The notes beneath the pieces are model-generated. The model was not told the DNA's origin and searched no databases. It worked only from the letters and a program-made list of their open reading frames with translations. The translations under genes were made by a program, and so were the position numbers. Positions 14,075-26,540 of a stretch of DNA of 64,000 nt are shown here, one piece after another. The stretch comes from Selaginella moellendorffii (lineage: Eukaryota > Plantae > Lycopodiophyta), in assembly GCF_000143415.4 (NCBI RefSeq), contig NW_003314276.1:2293072-2357071 (forward strand). Direction: 5' to 3'. The number at the start of each line of letters is the position of its first letter. The first letter of the stretch is position 1.

Positions 14075-14494
14075 ATGTTTTACAAAATGAAGCTAAATAT
14101 TTATCTTGCTATTTTATTTATACTCTTTATTAATTGTTTTTCAATAGAAATTTTTATTATAAATAGATTAGGCTATTCTATTGATGCATCATGTGAATCA
14201 AAAAATGATAAAATAATCCCAAGTATTCAGAATGATAGAAATAAATTTTCATTTAATTTTACAACATGTTGGGCTTTTTGTCGAACTCAATTTTGGTGTA
14301 AATTTGTAATTAATGATGGACCTCTTAAAGGAAATTTAAAGGAATTCTCTGTTTATGTTCAAGGAAGTAATAGTGATTATGAAGAAGCTGAATATATAGA
14401 ATATTATATATTTACCTATGCAATTTTTGAAACTCACAAACATTATAGATATGATTGGTCTTTACCGCAAAGGAGGTATAAACTTGATTTGTAA
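14075..14494 (+). CDS. S-protein homologue (SPH / Self-incomp_S1-like) small secreted protein
   Basis: Signal peptide followed by the SPH pattern IINRL...SCESKND...FSFNF...TQFWCKF. Intronless 139-aa ORF with a TATA-like tataaat at ~14030. Confidence 0.8.
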   Translation: MFYKMKLNIYLAILFILFINCFSIEIFIINRLGYSIDASCESKNDKIIPSIQNDRNKFSFNFTTCWAFCRTQFWCKFVINDGPLKGNLKEFSVYVQGSNSDYEEAEYIEYYIFTYAIFETHKHYRYDWSLPQRRYKLDL

Positions 14495-15583
14495 TTAATA
14501 TTTTTCTAATAATAATATCTATATTAAAATATATTAAAGACCCAATGTTATCATAGCCTAAAATATATCTATATATTTCTTAAATTTCTACATTTATCTG
14601 TTCCTTTTGTTTGGATCTCATGAGCATTTTGGAATATTTGTTACTCTATGAGTGAATCAAACTATTCCATTATCATGATTATTATAAACTCCTCCTTTTT
14701 AATTTGGAGAGCACACTTCTTGGGGTACTTGTGAATAGTTTTTGCTTCATATGACACAAGAATTACTAAAGAAGTAAAATAAAAATGAGTTACATTTTAC
14801 TATATATTTACTTCAAGGTCTTCATGTTCTATAGATATACTAGTTAGTTGTGAGTGACTAAGCAAGTTTCTAATCTTAATAAACTTAATTACATTTAAAC
14901 TTGCCTCCCTTGGATTAAGTTATTTTATACATAAGACTATAGCTAGCAAAAGTACTTACAGCCAAGTTTAGTTTTTAATTATATATAGTAGCCAAGTTCA
15001 AGTTGTTTTTCATTTGGTTCCATTTTTAAATATCTTTTTCTCCCTTTTGAATCAACTAAGTTATGGAGAACATAGTTACCAATTACATATGGTATGTTCT
15101 CTAATCACACAAGAATTATTTTGATATTATTTAGCCAACACAGCAAATTAATTAAGCTCATGGTGAACATTTCGAATTAATTTGAAAAGTGATATATGCT
15201 TTCAGTGGGATTCAAACATTAGACTTCTAATTAAATTCAATATCTATCAAGATCAGATTTTGGATCTATATTTACATTACAGTTAGATTCTTAACACCTT
15301 ATAGAAGTATATTATAGAACTTTATATTTAGAGTGTTCAACACAATCCATCCATTATTTCTTTTCTTTATCTTTGTTTCTTTAGTCTCTTGCTCCTTGAC
15401 AACAAGCCCCTATAGATTTACTTATGATTTAAGAATAGATTGAGAAGGGATAAATTGTGTTGTTGTTATAGATGCCACATGATAAAAATCTAAATATATG
15501 GATTTTTTTTTATAATTTCTTGTTTTTCATACAATGTTATTTAGCATTCCCTAGGCATGTTCCTTGTTTATAATGAAGTATAA

Positions 15584-15585
<2 letters not shown>

Positions 15586-15651
<66 letters not shown>
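15586..15651. repeat. (TA)n microsatellite
   Basis: Direct reading of the sequence. Confidence 0.98.
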
Positions 15652-15653
<2 letters not shown>

Positions 15654-16078
15654 TTATAAACAAGGGAATGCTAACTGAAACCAGGTGTCAAATAAATAAT
15701 TAAAATATACTAAAAAGGGATTTGTATATAATTATTGTATAGATCTCACTGCTCAATTTCTTATGATGTAGTTAGTGATCATGGTGCAAAACCCCACAAG
15801 CTATCCCCCAAACCTGCACTGGGCTCCATCCAACCATATAAGCATAAGAGTATCACCATGTACCATGTTGTTTCTTCCTGTTATACTTCCTCTTCAACTC
15901 AGTAAGAAGACCCCACTTTGTTTGGCCAATAAAACCACCTCCAGCATCCATAATTTTTCATAAAATACATAGTCAAGATATGATACTTATATTAATTAGT
16001 TATGATCTGTAAAAGTAAATACAGTTTAAGAGCATGTAAAACAATCGGCATTTAAAAACCAAACAAGATATAATGGTG

Positions 16079-17101
16079 TCACATTTGGCCTAAGGTCTTG
16101 ATGTTCCACGGCTCGATGTAGTTCCAGTCGCCCTCCCAGAAGTTTTTGGCCAGGATGGAGTATGCAAACTCGGTGGGATGAGTGAAATCCCAGAAGAGAT
16201 ACTGGCTGGGATTATCGCACACCCCTTGCGGGTCATGAGTGGCGAGCCAGCCGCCACACTTTCCACAGCACGCGTGAGCCGTGTCGTAGAGGCCGTAGGC
16301 GGAGGCGTTGGACATGATCTCGGTCATGGCGTTGAAGCCTTTAGCGTAGGAGATTCGCACCCCTGGAAGCCTCATCACCAGCTCGCGAACCAGCATCTTG
16401 AGCGCCAAGTTGAAAGCGCCCGCGATCTCGTTGACGAGGTTGAAGCAGGAGCCGTGGAGGATCCGGCGCACCATGGGAGTGCATCCCAGCGGGCCCAAGT
16501 TGAAGACCACGATCCGGCGAGCGCCGTTCCGGTAGAGCTGGATCAAGTTCTTGCGGTAGATGCTCATCAGCGTGGACAAGAAGTGTCGCCGGTTGGCCGC
16601 TGCCTGGAACAAGTTCGCGAAGATGTCGTTGCTCCCGGCGGTGATCATGAAGAGCGAGTTCCGGAACATGATGGAGGCGTGGTAGTCACCGTTTTGCTGC
16701 CGCACGACGGTCGAGAGGTACTGGAACTGGTCCATCTGTGCGTCGAGCGAGAGGACCCCGAGCGGTGCGTCGGTGGCGTTGAGCAGGCCGCTGCCAGCCG
16801 ACGCAAAGTTTGCACCGTGGATGAAGCTCGCCCCCGGCTGCATGAAGGGTGGAATGTATGGTAGTCCCAGGAACTCGGCGATGAAGTCCGCTATCAGCCT
16901 GCCATCGCTAAACCTTCCTGTTGGCACTCCGAAGGACGTCGTTCCGTAAGGCGTGACGTTGGCAACCGCCAGCGAGCCAGGCAGGAAGTTGTTGTTGCCG
17001 GTGTCGAAGATTGAGTCGCCAAACAGGAAGAGCATTTGCACTTGACTGGCGGAGGCGAGTGTGAGGACCTGGAGGAAAACCAAAGCTTTCAGGTGAGCCA
17101 T
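16079..17101 (-). CDS. GDSL esterase/lipase, secreted, intronless
   Basis: Signal peptide, FGDSIFDTGNN, GRFSDGR, GANFASAG, GSND and FWDFTHPT (catalytic Ser, Asp, His). Confidence 0.97.
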   Translation of the reverse strand: MAHLKALVFLQVLTLASASQVQMLFLFGDSIFDTGNNNFLPGSLAVANVTPYGTTSFGVPTGRFSDGRLIADFIAEFLGLPYIPPFMQPGASFIHGANFASAGSGLLNATDAPLGVLSLDAQMDQFQYLSTVVRQQNGDYHASIMFRNSLFMITAGSNDIFANLFQAAANRRHFLSTLMSIYRKNLIQLYRNGARRIVVFNLGPLGCTPMVRRILHGSCFNLVNEIAGAFNLALKMLVRELVMRLPGVRISYAKGFNAMTEIMSNASAYGLYDTAHACCGKCGGWLATHDPQGVCDNPSQYLFWDFTHPTEFAYSILAKNFWEGDWNYIEPWNIKTLGQM

Positions 17102-17311
17102 TTTGGATTGGAAATTGTTAGCGGAGAGAACCTGGTAACAAATTTATACAGGCCATCCACTGCTCCACCATGCTCTTGATTTGCAGCAAGCCACACCAAA
17201 AGACCGTCTACGTACTATGTAACAGCATGCAGTCATGCATTCCATCCGCTGTACCTATATTACCACTTGTTAGAGAAAAAACAAGGATTCTCAATGTAAC
17301 GACATGCCTGA

Positions 17312-19250
17312 TCAATCTCTTCTCGCCATTTTCAAGACTTGGCCTGCCCTGTCCTCCAGTCTGCTCAAAGCTTGCTGGATATATTCGTTGTGCTCGGCAT
17401 ACATTTGCAGCGCCTCCAAGGCTTCAGCTTGCTCCTGCTCCATTTCCTCTTTATAAGTCTTGAGCTTTATCTCGTAATCCGCGTTTAGTTTCTGGAGCAC
17501 ACACAGCGTGTTTCATTTTTTCAGAAAAAAAAAATTGCTCAGAGATAGATAAGACACTCTCACCTTTAGTAGTGATTCCGCGTCATTATACACCTGTCTT
17601 AACGTTGTTTGTTTTTCTGCCAAGCTCTTCTCGAATTGAGCTCTTTGAGCGGCTTTCGAGGCAATGTAGTTATCCAGTCTCTCCTTCCTCCCTTTATATT
17701 GTGCCTCAAGCTGCATAACGGGACATCGTTTTAGGAAGAAAATACGATTGCCTGACTCACCTTCTTATTCTGAGTGACGAGTGTGGAAACCTCGTCAGAT
17801 TTTTCTTGGAAGGAAACCTCATCCGCATACAGTTTCTTCTGCATGACAAGGACTTCTTCCCTCGCATCCCTTGTTGCCTTCTCAATGTTTTCCATGAGAC
17901 TGGCAACCAGCGGCTTGAACACACCCTTGACGTTAAAACCAAGTATATCTTCGGGTTTCTCCTCCCTCGAGTTAACTTTCATCTCGAGTTGAACTTGCCG
18001 AGCTTCCAATTCTGGATACATATTTTTGAGCCTGCTCAAAAAAAAAAAAAAACACAAATCGCTAAGAGACATAACAAAAAATTTCTTTACCTCGCGCTGC
18101 CAGTGTTGTAGGTGATGACAACGTCCTCCACCTCCCTCAGCATGTTCGCAGACTGAACTTCCTTGTCCCATGCTTCCTTTTGCAACTCCTGTGCTGCTTT
18201 AGAGACTGCATGCAATCGCGTCTCGAGAATTTGGCTTTCTTTGTCCATCTTCTCGACGCCAGCGACGCTGAGCTGCTGAGCCCCGATCCGTTGCCGCAAA
18301 GCCTCGTTCTCCTCCGCTATGTTGGAAGCCTCCGTCTTCAAACCCAGCAGATCCTCCCTCTTCTCCTCCATTTTCTTGAGCGACGCCTCCTTGTGCGACT
18401 GAAAGTTGCTGATGATGGTCGTAAACTTTGCGACGTCGTTTAGAAAGTCCGCCTTCTTCGACTCCAAAACAGCCAAAGGCGATGGCTCACTTGTAAAGGT
18501 GTGGAGCTTAGCTTGCAAATCATTCACGGTCTTCTCGAGCTCTTCTGCCTGCTGCACCAGCTGGGCCTTTTCTTCCTCAAACTGGACCCGAAAGTCCGCG
18601 TCGAGCTTAGCGCACGCCTCATCGTTGCCGCAAAGAAACTCGTTGTAAGCTTGGCTGAGGTACTCGAAAAAAATCAAATCCCCGCTTCCCTCGTAGCCAA
18701 ATCCACCACCATTCCCTTCTTTGATCTCCCGAGCCTTCTCCTCGTAAGTCAAGAGATTGACGAGCCAGGCTAGAGCGGCCAGCAATCCAGGCCAAGAATG
18801 CGGGCTCCCGGCGGCATAGAGGGCACTCTTGCTGATCTGGAAAGGATAGTTGAGACTCCTGAAGAAGCCCGGGACATCGTCTTCGAGCTTGCCAAAGACG
18901 ATGTGTGGATCCACTTGACGGAAAAGAAACTCTATGATATCTTTGATCTCCTTACCGGAGGGCAGCTTGGAGGAAATGGGCGAGTTGAATCCATGGGTCG
19001 TGAGGTACTCGATGAGCTCCGCCGTTGCCTCTTTCTGGAAGCTCTTGTCGTTGATGTTCCTGGGATCCTGTGCCGACGCACCTTTGGAGGAGGAGAAGGC
19101 CATGGATTGGCGGCTCAAGCTGGGGCGGTGATGGCCCCCGGGAGGCATCGGGGGGCCTCCCAAGCTGGGGCGCTTCATGTAGACACCGCTACTCCGCGGC
19201 AGCTTGGCTGGGATCGATGACATCCGGCTGCTGGATCCCCTGGAACTCAT
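17312..19250 (-). CDS. NDC80: Kinetochore protein NDC80/HEC1, 4 exons (19250-18091, 18031-17761, 17710-17564, 17491-17312)
   Basis: CH-domain motifs DPRNINDKSFQ, LNYPFQISKSAL and SPHSWPGLLAALAWL, followed by coiled coil. Three GT-AG introns (59, 50 and 72 nt) join the exons in frame. Confidence 0.93.
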
Positions 19251-19298
19251 GGCAAGAGCCACTCCAAGCCCTAGAAGAGCCCTAGAACAATGGAAAAA

Positions 19299-19314
19299 GC
19301 GCGGGAAATTCAAA
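19299..19314 (-). promoter_or_regulatory. E2F site with adjacent CHR-like element (TTTGAATTTCCCGCGC)
   Basis: Canonical TTTCCCGC E2F motif abutting TTTGAA, about 50 bp upstream of the NDC80 ATG. Confidence 0.65.
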
Positions 19315-21765
19315 ATAAAATAAAATAATTTCTAAATCATATTTGCAAATATTTTGGAATAGTTCATTTTTTAATTTTATTATTAGGCTAAAAAAGTATT
19401 TATTAATAATTTTATCAAAAATATTGAAAAATGATCAATGAAACATTTTTGTTAGTTATTATTTTTTCAAGTAATTTACTATTATTTAGAACGATTGTGT
19501 AAATTTAATTACCAAATATTAAATATAAATATATTCATTAAATTAGGTTTATATTTTAATTTTTGTGAAATGACGAAAATGTTATAACAAACAGTACATA
19601 ATTGAAATTTAAGATTTGTAATTAAGAAATAATTATTGGACATTATTTTAATTATAATTTTATTAATATATAAATATAAAGTTAGAAATGGAGAAATTAT
19701 GAATAATATTATGGTGGTAAGAAAATACCAAATTTGAATAAGTGAGGCAAAACATTTTATACAATTTCAAAATATAAATAGATTTTATTATACTTTGGTA
19801 TATAATTAGATTCAATGCTTTTTAATTCCATGATAGAAATTAATTAAAATCTGAAAATTTAATTTAATTAATATTTTAATATTAATGCAATGGAGAAATT
19901 TCAGAATGCTATAATAAAAAGTTTTTCACATGTGAGTTTTAAACTCACTAGATATTATCTATGATAAAATATAAATTAAAAAATTTTAAAATTAAAAAAA
20001 TTATTTGGAAAACCTGATGCAACACATATTTTTAAAAAAAGCAATGCAGTAAGAATAATTTAATAATAGAATAATATAAACTTATTTACTAAGTTATTTA
20101 CTTATTTTTTAATAAAGATCATGTGGATTTGATTCCTTTTCTTTACACAAAAATAATTATTTCTAAAAATATTAAAAGATATATAATTTTAAAATAATAA
20201 TAATCTAGTTAATAATAAAAATTAAATTATTTAACTTATTATTACAAAAACAAATTATATTTATGCCTTTCTTTTCAATTATCTTTACATGTATGTACAT
20301 AAACATAACTAAAGAATGTTTCCCTCCTTCTGCATGTTAGCTAAGACTAATCTATACTAATGTTATGATCATCAACAATAAGTTGAGTTCAGGTCTATAT
20401 GACCTCTCTAAGAATTCCATTTAAAGGTCACTAATTAGATTCCAAGTTTAGTGTCATATCTCTTAACTCTAAAAAACCATAGCCAATTAAATTTAGTGGT
20501 TTGTAGAATAGAAAATGATGTGGTCAGGTTGGATAGTGGACTTATAGTGAGAAAGTAATAATCTTAGATTTTTGACAATTTCAAATTGTAATGGAGGTAT
20601 GTGAACTTGTAATTTAGAATCCTATTTTATGGCTTTAAGTAGCTTTAAAACTTAGAATATCCAAGTTCTTAATATAATCATTTTTCATATCCTCTTATTT
20701 CTTCTTGCACTTGGAGATAGTGATGGTAAAATTTGTGCTCGTAATAGTATTGTTGAATCCTCTTGCACTTTTCTATAACATCACCCATAGATATAGTATT
20801 GTGCTTGTAAGAGTATTATTGAATCCCCTTGCACTTTTTTATAGCATCACCCTTTTGATACTTTTGATTATTTATGTTGTTGAGAGTGATTATTTTCGTT
20901 TAAGTGGCTATAGTAAGAAAAAATTTATATCCCCCCCTTCCTAACTTTGATTTTTTCCTCTTGAAATCATATAAATCACTTCTACTAATATAGATTTAAG
21001 AGTTTCAAAGTTTATTGACATGGCTTATAGCAAGATCCTCTATTATTGAGAAGTTGTTATTGATAATAAAAGAACCAAAGCCAATTGAAATATAAAAAGA
21101 GAACAAATTATGCAAAACTACAAACTTCAAACTGAACCTCATATTGTTTATTCAGAAAACATTTTGGTAGTAGTAATAACTTGTTAAGAAAGTGAATGTT
21201 TCATAAACTACATAATACTTACTTCTAAAATCACAATCATAAATTTCAAATATTTATTTATAAGGAGTTTTAACTAAGTCTATACTTCGAGTTTTCTTAT
21301 AAAACATAAAATTTAACTTGAATGCACGAACTCACCATGACATTGCCAACATTCTAGCTTAAGAAAAGATATGAATTCTTGATTGAGAAAAATGCCAAAG
21401 AAGGAAATTTCCTTAGAGTTTCAAAAAATACAAGAAACTTAAATTTTAACTATATTTTAAGTTTGATGTTGCATCTTTGAACTTTGTATAGGTGCTTTTG
21501 AGCTTAGTATAATCACTTTGGGTCCAAGTGCAATAATTATTACTCACACTTGCACTTTTAATTCCCCAAGGCCTCATTTTCCTAAAATTTTATTTTCTTT
21601 AAGACAAGGTGAAATTGGTCACTTGGCTAAATTTTGGGTGGGAATTGTTTTGCATATAACAATGTAGTATTTCGAATTTTTCTATGTATTCCCCATATGT
21701 GATACAGATTTTATTAATATCCAAGCATAACTTCATATATATTATTTTAGAATGCAACTAAATAT

Positions 21766-24100
21766 TCTATATAAGGTTTGTAAATACATGTTTATATTTA
21801 TATATATTACCTGGCTAGGTAATACATTAATTGTAGTACTATAACATACAAACTATTTATTTGGGAATGAATTTAGTCTATCCATTTTTGTATATAAGTA
21901 AGGGTATAAACCCCAATTAATATGCCCATTTCTATATCTCAAACACTCACATTAGTGGAGCTAAGAGGCACTACAATTTGTTCTTGAAGGGTAAAGTTTT
22001 TTTGCAATGCTTTACTCTAGTGTTTGGGATTGTGTTTTTTGTTTTTTATTTCTTTATTCTCTTTTAAATCTAGATCTGTATTAACTTTTTGCAAGATCTA
22101 GAATTTTAACTATTGCTGTGTTTAAATCTACTCTTTCTTCTTATCATCATTGCATTCTTTTCTTCTATTATACTGCGCCATCATCGATCAAGGAATATGT
22201 CATTTGAGCTTGTTAATGCTACTCTGTTGGATCGAGTTTTTTGTGTTATAGGGTGTGATTATATTAATGTTGCACCCATCCTTGGTGTGTTGCCATTTCC
22301 AACTTCCATGAGATTTGATTATACAATTTGTTTTGTTCTCGGTGTTCTATTATTTCTAGTTGATATGGAGTGTGATTGTAATATCGATTGATGAGTTATG
22401 AATGATATAATCTAATTTTTAGAGAATGTTTGAGGATCAAGTTTATGGGAAGATAATGTTTATGAGCACAAATGAATTTTGGATTGTAATGAGAAACTTG
22501 ATTATTATAGAGATAACTTTATAGATGAGTTGGAGATTTTGCAAGGTAAGTCTTAATCCTTTAATCTGCTATCTGATCCTTTTTCTTTACCTTCTGCTCT
22601 TTCCTAATTTTTATTTTTATTTTTTAATCTAAGCTACCTTCTCATGTTCTTAGTGTTCTTTCTTTATTTGCAATATTTCCTTCTTCTGGCATATTAATTA
22701 TTTCTGGCTCTTATAATTTTTATTCTCAATTTGGTGTTGAGTTGAGTGTTTTCTATCTTTCTCATACTAATTTGGATGTTAAGTATATACATAAAGCTAA
22801 AAATCTTATTTTTGTTTCTTTAACAGAGTCTTTGATCAATTCTAGTATTAAATATTCCCCTATTCTAAAGGTTAAATCATTTTGGCTAGAGCTTCTGATT
22901 AAATGTGTGTTTTCAGTTGTGAGTACTATTGAAAACTTTTGTTTTATCATTGTTACTAAGGGGTTTATATGTTCCTTTGAGAATGTAAACTTTTCTATTA
23001 ATTTTCTTGTCTCAAGTGTTAAATTATGTATTAAGTAAGTTGAGCAGTGTGGAGCTCCCACTTATCTTCTGCTAACCAAAGTATTTTATCATAGTAAATC
23101 CTTTATTCTTCAAACTTTGAATATGTTTCCTTCTTTTCTCCCCATTTCTACTTTAACAATTGTTGAAAATTCCTTTTTAGATGTTTTTTTATCCACTTTT
23201 TCTTCTTTCACAATGCTTTTTCCTCCCTTTTTTTCATTTTCTCCCTTTTTCCTCAATATTTCAAACTTTTTTTTCCTTAGAGGTGGGGTAAAGGGGACAA
23301 ATAGGAGTCTAGTGTTGATGATAGAATAAAAACAAGTAGATACAATAGTAAAGTGAGGAAAAATGACATGGATTGTGGACTAAGGATAAAATAGATGAGT
23401 CTAAATGGAATATTTAGCTTTGACATAGTGAGGCCAAGCAAATGCAATAATAAAATGAGGCTAAATATAAAATGAAAGTGATCATAACAAATCTGAATAA
23501 AGCTAGTGTTTCAAAACTTTTTTTCCTCTAAGAAGGGGATAAAGAGGATGTGGAGAATAAATGGAGTGAGTCTAACTTCTCATATGCAATGCAGAATAAG
23601 GATGATAATTGTGAGTCTGAGTAAATATGAATTTTAAATGTTGACCAAAAGGAAGATGCAATAAGTTTTATTTATGGTCATGAATCTAAGTTAATAATGG
23701 TTCTGGAGGATTGTCCAACAAATAGACTTAGACATAAGATGCATTGTTTGTTGCAATGGTGCTTTATAAATCTACAATAACTCTTAAAATCATTTGTTTT
23801 GGTTTAAAGTTATAGCTTTATGGTTAGTTTGATTATTTGGTAGTTATATATGAAGTTGCAATTGGTTTATTAGAATTTCATAATTAATTAATGCTTATGT
23901 CATTGCTTTGGATTTTGTTTTAATCATGGTTGTTAACAACTTTATTAGTGGTTTTGTGGGAGTTTTAGAATTTTATGGTAATTTATTATCACCCACCAAA
24001 AGCTCTAGATATTTCACTTGACTTATTATCATTACCTTTTCATCTTCCAAAGGGGAGAATGATGTAAAGTTTGAAAATACACACACACACACACACACAC

Positions 24101-24174
<74 letters not shown>

Positions 24175-24317
24175 CCCTGACTAAGTAGTACATTAATTAT
24201 AATACTAGAGCATATGAACTATTTATTTAGGGCTGAATCTTATCCATCCATTCTTGTATATAAGCATGGGTTTAAACCCTAATTAATATACTTATTTCTA
24301 TATCTAGAGCACTCACA
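21766..24317 (+). mobile_element. Small non-autonomous LTR element with short LTRs (TRIM/LARD-like)
   Basis: Direct repeats at ~21766-21951 and 24060-24317 both end ...cactcaca. PPT aaggggagaa lies at 24050-24059, and the flanks aatat/gatat resemble a TSD. No gag or pol recognised. Confidence 0.75.
24078..24172. repeat. (CA)n(TA)n compound microsatellite inside the 3' LTR
   Basis: Direct reading of the sequence. Confidence 0.97.
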
Positions 24318-24713
24318 GATATAATATTAAATAGATTATATTCAAGTATTATAATAATTGTTTTTATTTAATCTTTCCACTTAACAAAAGTTTACAATTG
24401 CTACAATAACTCAAATATGAATTTAAGCATCACCATATTTTATTTAAGATTATACAAGAATAATCAGAGATTTTTATATTTTAACTTTATGAGTTAAAAA
24501 GTAATTAATAAAAATATATTTTTCACAATCCATAATATAATAATTAAAGACAAAATCTTAGGAGAACACCTTATCAAGCATTTATTAATTATAATTTTTT
24601 CTTATAACCCTTGAAATTTGTAATAATAATGAAAATGTTTTAAGAATTATTTCACATCCTAAATTTTAAATACACTATATATTCTGACCAGTTTGAACTA
24701 CAAATTTTATTCT

Positions 24714-26540
24714 TTATGAGTAGAAGTTGGCAAGTAGAGAGTATGGAGCAGCTCTTGTAGGATCTAGCTCTAAAGCTAGCTCTGCAACATTTGCCCCAAA
24801 TTGCTCATTCTTTTTGTGGCTTGAACAGGATCCAAGGAGTGAGGTCCAGTCTGTGGTATCTGGATCAAAAGGCATGCTGTAAATTAGATTGTGGGCATCT
24901 ACCAAGTGGCCTGCCCGTCCCAGAAGGTCAATTACACAAGTGTAGTGCTGCTTTGTTGGCTCCAAGAAAAAATCAGGCAACATCCTCTGGAAGTACCACC
25001 ATCCTATTTTAACATTGCCTTCATGTCCATATCCATTTAGAATGGAGACAAAGGAGATATCATCTGGCATCAATCCATCCATGATCATCTTTTGAAAGAG
25101 CCAAACAATGTATCTTGAAGAGGTATGAGTAGCAGAAGACTTTGATGGTTTTTTTAACCGCTTTAGCTCCTCATAAGAAGAGCAAGCAGAAAGCATAGCA
25201 TTCCAGGAGATTAGATTTCTGTGAGGCAGCCGATCAAACACAGTTTTCGCATTTACCAAATCACCAGAGTGAGTGTATGCTGCAAGAAGGGAGTTCCAGC
25301 ATGCAGCATCTCTTAGTGGCATTTCGTGAAAATATTGCTTGGCAAATTCCACCTTTCCACTGTTTCCATATGCAGCAAGCATCACTGATGAGGAAGCTAA
25401 GTCTTGATCTGGCACAAAATCTAGCGCTGTTCTTGTGTCCTCAAGCAAGCCATGCTGAGAGAAGGCAGTGAGCAAAACGTTCCACGAGACAACATCCCTG
25501 TCCGGCATTGAAGCAAAGAACATTGTGGCAAATTTCAGCTGGCTGCCATAACAATAAGCAGCCAGCATCGCATTCCATGAAACCAAATCTTTGCTTGGAA
25601 TACTATCAAACAAAGATTTTGCTTTGGCGAAGTTCCTCTCTCTCGCGTAGCCACACAAGAGCCCATTAAGGGAGATAATATCTTGCTCTGGCATGAGACT
25701 GAAAATTTGCTCGGCATGTTTCATATGCCCATGTTGGGCATAGGCAGAAAGCATGACATTCCAAGCAACAATGTTCCAATACGGCATTGATTTGAACATA
25801 GAAACCGTTTGATCGACCATGCCGCTGCTTGCATACGCAGCCAGCATGGCTGTAAAAGCAATGGTATCTTTAACAGGCATTGTATCAAAGATCTTCAAAG
25901 CGCTATCAACATGCCCATTTTGGGCATATGCACTTAATATTGCAGTCCATGACACGAGATCCCACTCAGGAGCCATATCAAAAATATCTTTAACTCTTTG
26001 AATATTTCCGTATGCACTATAAGATGTTAGCATTGCATTCCAAGAAACCAAATTCTTCTCTTTCATTGATGAAAACAGAGATTCAGTCTCTTCTAGATGC
26101 CCATTTTGGGCATATGCCACAAGCATCGAAGTCCAGGCCACAACATCCCAAGCAGGGATTCTTTCAAATACGATCTTCGCCTCCTCCAAAAGACCATTCT
26201 CCGCAAACAAATCCAGCAACGTTGTCCACGACACCAAATTCCTCTTGGGCATCGCATCGAAGATGGCCTTGGCTTCTGCAACGCAGCAGTTTCTGGCATA
26301 AGCTCCCAGTAATAGATTCCACGAGTAGAAATCCTTTCGATCGATGCTGTCAAACACCTGCCTTGAGCACTCCACACTGCCGAATTTCCCATACATCTGG
26401 ATAAGAAGATTGCACAGAAACACATCCGATCCTAGATCAAGCGACAAGAAAGAGGCGCACCTATGAGCAAATCTTACATCCGAGAGGTTCTTGCTCGATC
26501 GTATGACCTCAACACATTGATCTCGAGTGGCTACTAGCAT
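24714..26540 (-). CDS. PLS-class pentatricopeptide repeat protein (S/SS-motif rich, short E domain, no DYW)
   Basis: Tandem ~31-aa motifs (VSWNAMLxAY...G), HYTCVIDLLGRAG, and E-type end PYSLLANFYS. Confidence 0.95.
   Translation of the reverse strand: MLVATRDQCVEVIRSSKNLSDVRFAHRCASFLSLDLGSDVFLCNLLIQMYGKFGSVECSRQVFDSIDRKDFYSWNLLLGAYARNCCVAEAKAIFDAMPKRNLVSWTTLLDLFAENGLLEEAKIVFERIPAWDVVAWTSMLVAYAQNGHLEETESLFSSMKEKNLVSWNAMLTSYSAYGNIQRVKDIFDMAPEWDLVSWTAILSAYAQNGHVDSALKIFDTMPVKDTIAFTAMLAAYASSGMVDQTVSMFKSMPYWNIVAWNVMLSAYAQHGHMKHAEQIFSLMPEQDIISLNGLLCGYARERNFAKAKSLFDSIPSKDLVSWNAMLAAYCYGSQLKFATMFFASMPDRDVVSWNVLLTAFSQHGLLEDTRTALDFVPDQDLASSSVMLAAYGNSGKVEFAKQYFHEMPLRDAACWNSLLAAYTHSGDLVNAKTVFDRLPHRNLISWNAMLSACSSYEELKRLKKPSKSSATHTSSRYIVWLFQKMIMDGLMPDDISFVSILNGYGHEGNVKIGWWYFQRMLPDFFLEPTKQHYTCVIDLLGRAGHLVDAHNLIYSMPFDPDTTDWTSLLGSCSSHKKNEQFGANVAELALELDPTRAAPYSLLANFYS

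Noticed and set aside
16178-16864. 228-aa antisense ORF in the GDSL gene, and similar ORFs over NDC80, PPR and ATL
   Set aside because: These are expected shadows of GC-rich coding sequence and show no motifs.
19251-19313. Extended NDC80 N-terminus from the ORF track
   Set aside because: The TTG start lies inside the promoter motif. The first ATG is at 19250.
19320-21760. Very AT-rich tract with short hydrophobic ORFs
   Set aside because: No recognisable motifs or termini; the ORFs are compositional artefacts.
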